A stretch of 64,000 bases of DNA from Histomonas meleagridis 2922-C6/04-290x (GCA_020184695.1 JAANOX010000034.1:248001-312000), one strand, 5' to 3'. Shown: positions 36,649-47,868, counted from the stretch's first letter. Notes: generated from the sequence alone by a model not told the origin. Numbers and translations: made by a program.

Positions 36649-39449
36649 TCATTGTGATTCTTTGTACTTCTGTATTTCAAGAACTATTAAAATGTGGTGC
36701 TTTTTATTTGCAATCATAAGCGCTGTTTCAAATGTTTCGTTTAATCCCCAAATATTAATTTTATGTATTAAATATTTAAAAGATGTTTTGTGATCAAAAA
36801 GATATATTTTTTGCATTGATATCAATCCCTTTTTGTTTAAGAAGAATTTGTACAATCGATAAATGTCCATTTTTACATGCAACCATAAGTGATGTATTAA
36901 ATATTTATTAGAATCACCAAAATTCATTTTGAAATTCGTAATTATTAAATGATATTTTAATGATAATGTTGAAATATTTTGTGAATTAATATCAATATTT
37001 TCTTGTTCAAGAAGTAATTTAAATATTTTATCAAAACTTTTCCATGATGCTATAAAAAGTATTGTTTTATATATTTTAATTAAATTCCAAATATTATTTT
37101 TTAAAATATTATGATTAAAAAAAATATTAAATAATACAAATTATTATTTTTATAATTGATATCAATTCCTTTTTGTTCAAGAAGAATTTTAACAATTTCT
37201 ATATTCCCTTTAAGTACTGCATAAATAAGTGCCGTTTCAAATAAATTTAATTATTTCCAAATATTATTTTGAAATATCATTTAGTATAATTAAATTTTAT
37301 ATATAATTAATAAATATCTTTAGCATTAATATCAATTTCTTTTTGTTCAATAAGTATTTTTCACTATATCATAATGATTATACTTACATGAAATCATTAA
37401 TGCTGTTTCAAATGATTTAGTTAATCTCCAAATAAAATTTTTATATTATAAATTTATTGAAATAAATATTAAATAATATCATTTTTTTATTATTGATATC
37501 AATTCCTTTTTGTTCAAGAAGAATTTTAACAATTTCTGTATTTCCTTTAAATACTGCATAAATAAGTGCTGTTTCAAATAATTTGCTTAACTTTCAAATA
37601 TTATTTTGAAATATCATTTTATTATAATAAAGAAACATCTTTGGCATTAATATCTATTTGTTTTTGATCAAGAAGTAGTTTAACAATATTATAATGATTA
37701 TAGTCACATACAATCATTAATGCTGTCGTAAATAATTCATATAATTTCCAAATATAAAAATGAAAAAATGTTTTATTTAAATAAATGTTATTTATAACAA
37801 ATAAATATTCTTAGAATTAATATCAATTTTTATCTTGTTCAAGAAGTTCTTTAACAATATTATATTGATTATATTTACATCCGATCATAAATGCTGTCTC
37901 AAATTTTTTTATATTAATTTTCAAATATTGTTTTGAAACATCATTTTTATTAAAACAAATTTTAAATAAAAGAATTTCATATTTTTAATATTAATATCAA
38001 TTGTTTTATATTCAAGAATTTTTTTCAAAAATTGAATATTTCCTTTTTGTGACGCTATCATTAATGCTGTTTCAAATATTTATAAGAATTTCCAATTATT
38101 ATGAAGAAATATTATTACATTAAAAGAAAAATTATATAAAAAGAAATTCATGTTTTGAATATTAAAATCAATTTTTATTTTGTTCAACAAGAAAGTTAAA
38201 TATTCCTTTACGATTATCTTTAATTATTTGCATAAGTGATGTATTAAATATTAAACTTAATCCCCAATGTTTATTTTGAAATTTTATATTATTCAATGAA
38301 ATTTTAAAATAATATAAGAAATATCTTGTAAATTAATATCAATTCCTTCTTGTGATAGAATTAATTTCATGATTTCAAGTTTTTGATATTGATATAATTT
38401 CATGAAATTGAATTTGTTTTTTCTTTTAAGATATAACTTAATCAAAATTATATTATCATTCATGATTAACTTTCGAATTATTCGATTGTTTATTTTTGAG
38501 CCCTTCTCTTTCAAAAAATAGTAAAATTTCATAATTATTATAGAAAATACTTTTATAACTCATTTCATTTAAATTATATTGACTTAAAATGTTATTATCA
38601 TAAAGATATTTAAAAATATCATTTCGATGAAACTCAATTGATGTTTCATATGCATCTTCAAATGATGAATGATTTTGTTCACATAAATGAATGATTTCAA
38701 GATTTCCACCTGCAATTGCATATTTTCCTGTGTTTTTTAATTTTGCACCATTCAATAATAAATATTTAAAACATTCAATTGAGCCAAAAAATGCTGCATA
38801 ATTAATTAATGGAATATTTTCTTTGTTAATAAATGAAAATCTTTCATAAACTGATGGTTTAATCATTTGATTAAAATTAAAATTATTTTGTGATGTTATT
38901 TCTTGAAGTTTTTCTATTTCATCATTTCGAATAATTTTTGAGATTTCATTCGGATTAACTCCTTCTAAAATTAATTGATTATGAATTTCATTATCATTAT
39001 TTGAAACTTCTTTATAAATAGGGAAATCTTGTTCTTTAATCATTTTTGTTTTAATGTATTTTTTTGTTGAATCATCTTTTTCAAGAAGATAATAAGATTC
39101 ATTCGAATGTATATTTAGAAGTATTTCTGATAATATTTCAAAAATTCCTTTGTCATTTCGTTTTATTTGTTTTATTTGATCTTGAAGAAGATTTAAATAT
39201 TGAAAATATATTTCTTCTTGATTCATTCTTGATAAAAAGCAGAATATATTAATCTACAAATCATTTTATTAAAAGAAAATGTATATTCTGAATCAATTAA
39301 AGAAATCGTCGTTTTGACTGAAGTTTTTTTATATTCGTTTCATTTAATGAAAATATTGTTTTATATAACAAAAAAGAATGTTGTCTTTCAATTTCATTTT
39401 GCAAGAATTCAGTGTCTACTATTTGAAGATGAGTTGGATTGTTTATCAT
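36649..39449 (-). CDS. Mirror copy of the 23926-26570 DUF3447-ankyrin gene with 10 inserts; several homopolymer frameshifts
   Basis: ORF 38456-39226 etc.; retains a 49-codon segment missing from the left copy. Confidence 0.75.
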
Positions 39450-39986
39450 AAAAGAAATTAGATTAACGGTTTCAAATACTTTTCTGTGATGCTCTATCGT
39501 ACCATTTTTTCATAACTTTACGTGGTGGCCGTTATTGTTTCGCCAAACACACACTTGCAAATTGGCAATAAAAAATCAGATTGATGAAAGATTAGAATTA
39601 TAATTGATATTATTGAATAATTTTTGAATCATAGATTTTGACTAGGTCTGTCCGACGGAATAAACGATTCCCTTAAATATTTTGATGTAGAATTGTGTTA
39701 GAAAGTTTTTTAGGATAGCCTGATCAGTAGTATTGACTGTGCATATAAATTAATAATTAAAAGGAATTCTGGAAAGAGGATCGTTCGTTGACTGTTTTAA
39801 TAATTTGAAACAGCACTTTATATATCAATTAGAAATAATAAAATAACTTTAAGATAAAGAAGGAATTGATGTTAATCCAAAATTTATTATTTTGAATATT
39901 TTATAATATGTTTTAATAATTTGGAATGTACTTTTTAATTGGCGATAATAATAAGCTTACTTTTTATTATTTTATTTTATGAAATA

Positions 39987-42712
39987 CTTTATCTTATGAT
40001 TTAATTATTATTCAAATGATATATTATTCCTTTGTGATTAAAAATAATAAAGTGGATTTATTTTTAAATATTATAAAAGAAATAAGAACATTTGAAGAGA
40101 ATAATCAAATCAAATCGAATATATTTGATATATTTGGGCGATTTCTTAATAATAAACATACATATGAATCATTTTATCTTCTTGAAGCTATGATTGAACA
40201 TAATTTTCTTGAACCAAACATTGTAAAAACAACAAGAGTGCTTATTTTGGGCATCATGTGTCTAAAGATAAAGAATCAATCGGTTTAAGGAAACATTTAT
40301 TTGTACATGTCTTACCAAATTATGAAGAACTTTCAAAGAATGATTGGGAATTACATAAGAAATTAATCAGAGAAGGACATAATCCAAATGAAATAGCAAA
40401 AATAATTAGAAATGATGAAATAGAAAAACTTCAAGAAATATCATCACAAACAAATTTTGATTTTAATCAATTTATTGTTCCATCACTTTATGAAATGTGT
40501 TCTTTAGTTAATAAAGGAAATGTTAGATTAATTGATTATGCAGCATTTTTTGGATCAATTCAATGTTTTAAATATTTACTTATGAATGGTGCAAAAGTAA
40601 TAAACACAGGTAAATATGCAGTTGCAGGTGGAAATCTTGAAGTTTTAGTTGAATATTTTCTAAAAGAGCATGCAATTCCTCATGACACATTGGTATTTTC
40701 ATCTGGATCAGGAAATATTGAACTTGTTAAATACGTTTTAAAACAAGAAGGAATTGATATTAATGCTAAAAATATTCATTTGTTTTATTTGAAATTTATT
40801 TTAATAATTTAATATTTCAAAATAATATTTGGAAATTATTTAAATTATTTTTTACAGCACTTATGTATGCATCTAGAAATGGTCATACAGAAATAGTTAA
40901 ATTAGTTCTTGAACAAGAAGGAATTGATATTAATGCTAAAGATATTCATTTGTTTTATTTAAAATTTATTTTAATAATTTTATATTTCAAAATAATATTT
41001 GGAAATTATTTAAATTATTTAAAACAGCACTTATGTATGCATCTAGAAATGGTCATACAGAAATAGTTAAATTACTTCTTGAACAAGAAGGAATTGATAT
41101 TAATGCTAAAGATATTTATTTGTTTTATTTGAAATTTATTTTAATTATTTAAATTTTCAAAATAATATTTGGAAATTATTTAAATTATTTAATACAGCAC
41201 TTATGATTGCATCTTCAAATGGTCATACAGAAATAGTTAAATTACTTCTTGAACAAGAAGGAATTGATATTAATGCTAAAGATATTTATTTGTTTTATTT
41301 AAAATTTATTTTAATAATTTGATATTTCAAAATAATATTTGGAAATTATTTAAATTATTTAATACAGCACTTATGTATGCATCTAGAAATGGTCATACAG
41401 AAATAGTTAAATTAGTTCTTGAACAAGAAGGAATTGATATTAATGCTAAAGATATTTATTTGTTTTATTTGAAATTTATTTTAATTATTTAAATTTTCAA
41501 AATAATATTTGGAAATTATTTAAATTATTTAATACAGCACTTATGATTGCATCTTCAAATGGTCATACAGAAATAGTTAAATTACTTCTTGAACAAGAAG
41601 GAATTGATATTAATGCTAAAGATATTTATTTGTTTTATTTAAAATTTATTTTTAATAATTTGATATTTCAAAATAATATTTGGAAATTATTTAAATTATT
41701 TAATACAGCACTTATGTATGCATCTAGAAATGGTCATGCAGAAATAGTTAAATTAGTTCTTGAACAAGAAGGAATTGATATTAATGCTAAAGATATTTAT
41801 TTGTTTTATTTGAAATTTATTTTAATAATTTGATATTTCAAAATAATATTTGGAAATTATTTAAATTATTTGATACAGCACTTATGTATGCATCTAGAAA
41901 TGGTCATACAGAAATAGTTAAATTACTTCTTGAACAAGAAGGAATTGATATTAATGCTAAAGATATTTATTTGTTTTATTTGAAATTTATTTTAATTATT
42001 TAAATTTTCAAAATAATATTTGGAAATTATTTAAATTATTTAATACAGCACTTATGATTGCATCTTCAAATGGTCATACAGAAATAGTTAAATTACTTCT
42101 TGAACAAGAAGGAATTGATATTAATGCTAAAGATATTTATTTGTTTTATTTGAAATTTATTTTAATAATTTGATATTTCAAAATAATATTTGGAAATTAT
42201 TTAAATTATTTAATACAGCACTTATGTATGCATCTAGAAATGGTCATACAGAAATAGTTAAATTAGTTCTTGAACAAGAAGGAATTGATATTAATGCTAA
42301 AGATATTTATTTGTTTTATTTGAAATTTATTTTAATAATTTGATATTTCAAAATAATATTTGGAAATTATTTAAATTATTTGATACAGCACTTATGTATG
42401 CATCTAGAAATGGTCATACAGAAATAGTTAAATTAGTTCTTGAACAAGAAGGAATTGATATTAATGCTAAAGATATTTATTTGTTTTTATTTGAAATTTA
42501 TTTTAATTATTTAAATTTTCAAAATAATATTTGGAAATTATTTAAATTATTTAATACAGCACTTATGATTGCATCTTCAAATGGTCATACAGAAATAGTT
42601 AAATTACTTCTTGAACAAGAAGGAATTGATATTAATGCTAAAGATATTTATTTGTTTTATTTGAAATTTATTTTAATTATTTAAATTTTCAAAATAATAT
42701 TTGGAAATTATT
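39987..42712 (+). pseudogene. Mirror copy of the 21070-23149 DUF3447-ankyrin gene; start region deleted, 82-codon internal deletion, 11 cassettes and 12 inserts, 3' truncated
   Basis: Junctions at 39986/39987 and about 40645 compared with the left arm; array at 40780-42712. Confidence 0.75.
40780..42712 (+). repeat. Homogeneous 170(171)-nt tandem array of ankyrin cassette + insert, 12 inserts
   Basis: Inserts start at 40780, 40950, 41120, 41290, 41460, 41630, 41801, 41971, 42141, 42311, 42481, 42652. Nine are 68 nt, two are 69 nt (extra T in a T run), the last is truncated. Confidence 0.95.
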
Positions 42713-44751
42713 AATGGGTAAATTGCACAACCGCAGACCAATTCCGATAATATTCGAATTTGATGTAAAGTACACATATCACCAATTGGGAGGTGCCTGT
42801 AAAAATCTTTTGTTCAAATTCGTGGGGGTAGTTAGACATTTATAATAAAATGTATGTTATACCTAAGGTTAAGTAAATTATATCAAATACAGTCAAAATT
42901 TTTGATATGTCCACTAGAATGATAAAAAATCTGTTAAATATGATCTTATAATTCTTTCTTAAAGTCAAATAAAAAAGTTTTATGACATAAGTTGTATTTA
43001 TTGTGAAAATTATTAATTTTATATGGCAACATGTATCCACGAAGTAAAATAATACTTGAATTATTTTTTAAATATATTAAAATGATCCAAAATAAAAGAT
43101 AATAAATAATTTCCATATGAAATTTTATATAAAAGCTATTCATAAAAAAATGAGTATAATCATGATATTATAATTCTATGAGATGATAATTAAATTCTCC
43201 CACTCCAAAAATTTGGACTAACACCATCCATTTTCATAGTATATAACATATGATATATATTTAAATAATATTTTCTTTTCAAAACTTTAGAATTAAAAAT
43301 ATTTGTTACACATAGATTAATGGAGACCATGGGCTGTTCAACCCCAAGGAATTCAAACAGGAACAATCACTTTTTGTGGTTAAACCGAAAATCGTTTGAA
43401 CCCAAACCGAGAAAATTCTCTAAACGGTCGTTTGATACCAAATAGAATAAAATTATCTCGTTGTTCTCATCATTTCAATCCTCAAAAAAATATGGCAAGA
43501 TTAATAATAACATTTAATCAATATTCTCATATCTTTATTAGACAAAAACTTTTATTTAAAAATTTGACATCTAAAAATAAAACTAATATATCTTCATATC
43601 AAATTTATTTATAGATATAATTTTAGGTGTTTTATATATATCATTATATATTATTTTTGGTATTAAAAATAATCAAATTTTTATAAGAGAATTATTGACT
43701 TTCTAGTTAAAATTGAAAAGTCAGAATATTATTTTGCATCTTTATCCTCACTTTTTGAATTAGTAAAACATAATTTCATAATAAGTTGTACAAGAGAATA
43801 CATAAACATGAACCATGTCGCCAACTTTTTGAATGATTCATACAACAGGATACCTCGAAAATTTAGATGATACCACTTTTTGATGTGTAAAGGGAAGGTG
43901 AGATAAAAACACCTTCAAAACACGACTTTCCTATTACGAAAATCAACCAAACTTTTCAATGTTATATATAAGGAGGATTATTGTGGTCAAAACCGAATTT
44001 TTTGGGCAAATCTTTTGCCCTCCAGTGGGCAATATCTAAACACATGGTATCAGAAAAAGTATTAAGTGAACCTGCATTACAAGATAAAAGTACGCAAAAA
44101 TCAACAACAAAATATTGCGGGAGAGCCTCGGAGAATCCAATATTTGGATTATTGAATGAAGGTCAAATAAAAGCATTGGAAGAAAAACAGTGTCCATTTA
44201 GGACAATCAAAATCTACCAAAACATTTTAGATTTAATTAAACATTTATTATAAGCTAGAATATTAAAATTCTTTAATTATATTTTAAAATCTTGAGATAT
44301 TAGAAATTAAAAAAATTTATCAAATTTTTATGCTAAAAAAATGTTGGTTTTTGGATTTTCGGGGATTTTGTCACTTTTAAATTTTTTTTCCGCGAAAAAG
44401 CAATCGATAGAAAAAGTTTGCTTTGTTTCTCGCGCGTCACTTTTTGTCTATTTTAATTTCTTAATAAGGCCTTGTTAATTTTTAATGTAATTGCAGTTGA
44501 AATAGATATGAAATCAAAAATATAAAACAAATGAACCATCCTATTATTCATTCTTTATTTTGGATGTAACTTTATAAAGAGAGTCACTATCCTGAAAAGC
44601 TCAAATTTAAATGAAAAATTACGTCAAATTCGTGACTCTGACTATCTATCGGAGAGGAAATTGAATACATATATCGGTAAAAACCGACTTTTATTAACGG
44701 ATTTTGGTGCCAAAAGAACGATCATTTAGATATTGAATTGCTTTTTTTGGA

Positions 44752-47700
44752 ATGAGTGTGTTGTTCTATGGCAATAAAAATTCTCTTTATCACCTTATAG
44801 TCAAACGTCCAACTTTCCAAAACTATATTGTAATTACAATATTTGGTGGGACCGGCGGTCCTCTTTTTTCAGGAATTCCAAATTGTGATTTTTTCAAAGA
44901 ACAAAAAGATGCAATTGACATGGTAGTAGCTAATTATCAATCAACTCTCATTTTAGAAGCGGAAGCACTTATCGGGATGGTTGAAAATGCTGATCATTCC
45001 TATGTTCTTTGTTTTGTTACTGCTACCAAAACCACATGTAAAATCCCTGGTGGCGCCATAGTTAAAAAAGTCACAGATGTTTCATATATTACAATTACTT
45101 TAAATGGATATCAAGTTGGATCAGAATTTTCTGACTTTACAGTTGCACATTTTCATTATTATTGTGACACATATGACATAACCAATTGTTATCCCAACAA
45201 TAATGATCCCAATTTACCCTCCCCCGAATTTTGTTGGAATCGTCGTTGGCGTCAAATCTTTGAAGAACTAGATTTATCATTTCTTTGTATTGTTTTATTA
45301 CAAGGATACACGTCCACATTAACATTTGACCAATATAATATTAGTTATATAGTTCGTCGATCAGTCCTTAATCCTGGAGTACGTTATTTTGCGCGCGGTT
45401 TGAATGATGTTGATTCGCCAGGGAATGAAGTTGAATGCGAACTTCTGTTTGCGAAGCTTGATCAACCAGATGAATTTTGGGAACATTGTTGGCGTCGTGG
45501 TTCTGTACCATTTTATTGGGAAACAATTTTATCCGGTGCATCAGCACGTATTCATATCAATTCCAATTTTTGTCAAGGGACAATACATTATTTCCAACAT
45601 TTACGCAAACGATTTAATAATTCGACCATTTTTTTATTATCATTATTACAATATTCCGCCAAAAATCCGAATGCACCTGAGAACGAATTATATTTACAAT
45701 ATCAACAAACAGTTGCAGAACTTTTAAGAGAAGGAATTGATTATGTCACATTTTATCCGTTTGATTTAAACGAGAAATTCTCAACAGAAGGAAAAGGCGG
45801 AGTTGTAGATTTATTAAGTTATTTATCACCATTAGCAATATTAAGTGATTTTACTACACACGAACGTAAGCAAGCAGGTTTACTTCGAGTGAATTGTGCT
45901 GATTCATTAGATAGAACTAATTTAGCAACGTTTTATTACGCGTTATTAATTACTGCCGAATGGTGTCGAAGAGTATCATTAGCTAAAAGTAATAATATTC
46001 CATTTTCACCAGAGAAACCTGATCAATATATACCGCCAACAATTCTTGATTTCTTAGCTAAAGCATTTGTTGGAAGTGGCGATGTGATATCTTTAATGTA
46101 TACGAATACTCCATCAATTAAAACATTTCAAATTCGACAATTCTCTAAATCTTTAGGAAGTCAATCATCAGATAAAACAATATCAGTTAAACGACGACTA
46201 ATAAACGTATTTAGTGATCCTCAACGACAAGAAAACATATTAAAATGGACTACAAAAGATCAGCCGAAGAACCATTCGATATTATTAGATAATTTACATA
46301 TTTCTTTTTTGTTTTGTGATTACGCAAGTTCATATTTTAATATTAATGATCAAGCGTTTAATTGCGTTGTTACTAAATCGAAATCAATTACATTAGTTAT
46401 CCCAAATGGTTATTACTTAAGAGCGATTTGGGTTTATCAATTTCCTTCTTTATCTATAGCTACAATCGAAATTAATACGATTGAAATCTTAGCGCCTTTT
46501 GTACATTCGCCTTTATGGTGTCGATATGAAATACCTTATAACTTAAATCGATTTCTTGATATCCAAATTAAATCAAGTGATTTCCGCATAGGAAAAATTG
46601 CTTTAGAATGTGTTAAAAAATCATTTAACTCATTAAATAATGAAAACATTAAAAATAATAATAATTATAACGATCAAAAAAATGTTTCTTCTGCTATTAA
46701 ATCATTTAATAAAAAAAATACGAAATCAATGATAAAGAAAATGATCGAAAAACCTTTTACATTTAAGGATTTGTTATCATTTAAACGATTAATTAATCAA
46801 TTCGAATTAAACTTTTTGGATTTCGTCAAGATTTGTATCGAAGAAAAAATTAATCCTTGGCTATTCAATGCTGAAAACTTCTTTCTACAAGATAAAAATA
46901 AATGTTTAGGATGTTCACAACCAGTAGAAAACCCTTATAAAATATATATCTCCTCTTATTTCCAAGATAAAATTTCTTTTCATAATTTCGATCGTCGATT
47001 TGTCAATGTCTGTTCGAATTGCGTAGATCTATTAACTCAAGAAGCTAATAACACTATAAAAATTGAAGAAAAATTGGATAAAAGTCCCCCGTTTAAATAC
47101 CAATATGATTTTAGGAATTATGAATTCGGTCAAATGGAAAACGTTTCAGTATACCCTTATTCATATATAGTAAAACCTGAACAACCGAATGTAAACCAAA
47201 TAATTTCTGAAGAAGGAGGTAATTGGCCCGTTATAGACAGTTTTTCAACAATGATTTCACTCAATGCAGTTTCAATGGTTTATAAGATATCGATAACATT
47301 GAAAGACCAATATAAACCTTTCATTTTTAATGTGGAATTGAATGGTTATTTCCAAGAAATTTCAAACCCTGAAATTCAAGATAATGAAGTAATATTTACA
47401 TTGCCACAACCAATTGTAACGAAGAGTTTACACTTAATAATTGCAACAAATGAATTAATCGAAATTTATAAATTAAAAGTATTGGGAATTATTACAAAAG
47501 AAAAAACAAATATATCATTCGATGGTGAAAATGATTCCACAAAAATTGTTCACCCTAAAATATCGTATGCTTCATCTCAAACAGATCAAAAAAATCGGAT
47601 GCAAACATTTTCATATAAAGGTCAACCTAATTTACCTTTAGTAATAACAATTCTAATAGATAAGGATTTATCTGCAAAACATTTAATCTTCGCACTTTAT

Positions 47701-47868
47701 CAAAATGATAAATTTATTAATTATCTAATAATCAAAACTCCATCTTTACGTGAACAAGGAAAGATTTCATACATTATGTGCAATACAAAAGCATTTGATA
47801 CAATTGTTTTATATCATTTGACTGTTACTGAAAACTTTTATCCATTATATGTATCATTTTCACAATGA
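44752..47868 (+). CDS. SAC-domain phosphoinositide phosphatase (SAC9-like active site)
   Basis: VRRSVLNPGVRYFARG, GNEVECE, WRRGSVPFYW and the CX5R motif RVNCADSLDRTN. Confidence 0.92.
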   Translation: MSVLFYGNKNSLYHLIVKRPTFQNYIVITIFGGTGGPLFSGIPNCDFFKEQKDAIDMVVANYQSTLILEAEALIGMVENADHSYVLCFVTATKTTCKIPGGAIVKKVTDVSYITITLNGYQVGSEFSDFTVAHFHYYCDTYDITNCYPNNNDPNLPSPEFCWNRRWRQIFEELDLSFLCIVLLQGYTSTLTFDQYNISYIVRRSVLNPGVRYFARGLNDVDSPGNEVECELLFAKLDQPDEFWEHCWRRGSVPFYWETILSGASARIHINSNFCQGTIHYFQHLRKRFNNSTIFLLSLLQYSAKNPNAPENELYLQYQQTVAELLREGIDYVTFYPFDLNEKFSTEGKGGVVDLLSYLSPLAILSDFTTHERKQAGLLRVNCADSLDRTNLATFYYALLITAEWCRRVSLAKSNNIPFSPEKPDQYIPPTILDFLAKAFVGSGDVISLMYTNTPSIKTFQIRQFSKSLGSQSSDKTISVKRRLINVFSDPQRQENILKWTTKDQPKNHSILLDNLHISFLFCDYASSYFNINDQAFNCVVTKSKSITLVIPNGYYLRAIWVYQFPSLSIATIEINTIEILAPFVHSPLWCRYEIPYNLNRFLDIQIKSSDFRIGKIALECVKKSFNSLNNENIKNNNNYNDQKNVSSAIKSFNKKNTKSMIKKMIEKPFTFKDLLSFKRLINQFELNFLDFVKICIEEKINPWLFNAENFFLQDKNKCLGCSQPVENPYKIYISSYFQDKISFHNFDRRFVNVCSNCVDLLTQEANNTIKIEEKLDKSPPFKYQYDFRNYEFGQMENVSVYPYSYIVKPEQPNVNQIISEEGGNWPVIDSFSTMISLNAVSMVYKISITLKDQYKPFIFNVELNGYFQEISNPEIQDNEVIFTLPQPIVTKSLHLIIATNELIEIYKLKVLGIITKEKTNISFDGENDSTKIVHPKISYASSQTDQKNRMQTFSYKGQPNLPLVITILIDKDLSAKHLIFALYQNDKFINYLIIKTPSLREQGKISYIMCNTKAFDTIVLYHLTVTENFYPLYVSFSQ

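Larger units (their letters stand above)
32485..43406 (-). repeat. Right arm of the large inverted duplication
   Basis: Mirror of 20342-30769, with many homopolymer indels, several deletions and a longer ankyrin array. Confidence 0.95.

Noticed and set aside
41117-41190. Excision at the TTATTT direct repeat or at TA dinucleotides (TSD or ciliate IES-like)
   Set aside because: Removal at the direct repeat takes 69 nt and frameshifts; TA-bounded removals give stops or loops that are too short. DNA excision by another rule is not excluded.
41117-41190. T4 gene 60-style hop between identical take-off and landing codons
   Set aside because: No matched in-frame codon pair is conserved across copies (take-off TAT/TCT/TGT/CAT versus TTA/ATA/TCA/TAA); only an unmatched bypass remains possible.
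41122-41197. Canonical GT...AG intron reading of the insert (GTTTT...ATACAG)
   Set aside because: Removing 76 nt leaves 94 nt per unit (frameshift) and deletes the ankyrin Thr. The AG is coding (ACA GCA) and is absent in copies reading ACATCA, ACAATA, ACTCCA or AAAGCT; the GT is absent in most copies.
40780-42712. CRISPR-like repeat-spacer array
   Set aside because: Eukaryotic context; the repeated part is ankyrin coding sequence; the spacers are homologous to each other; no cas genes.
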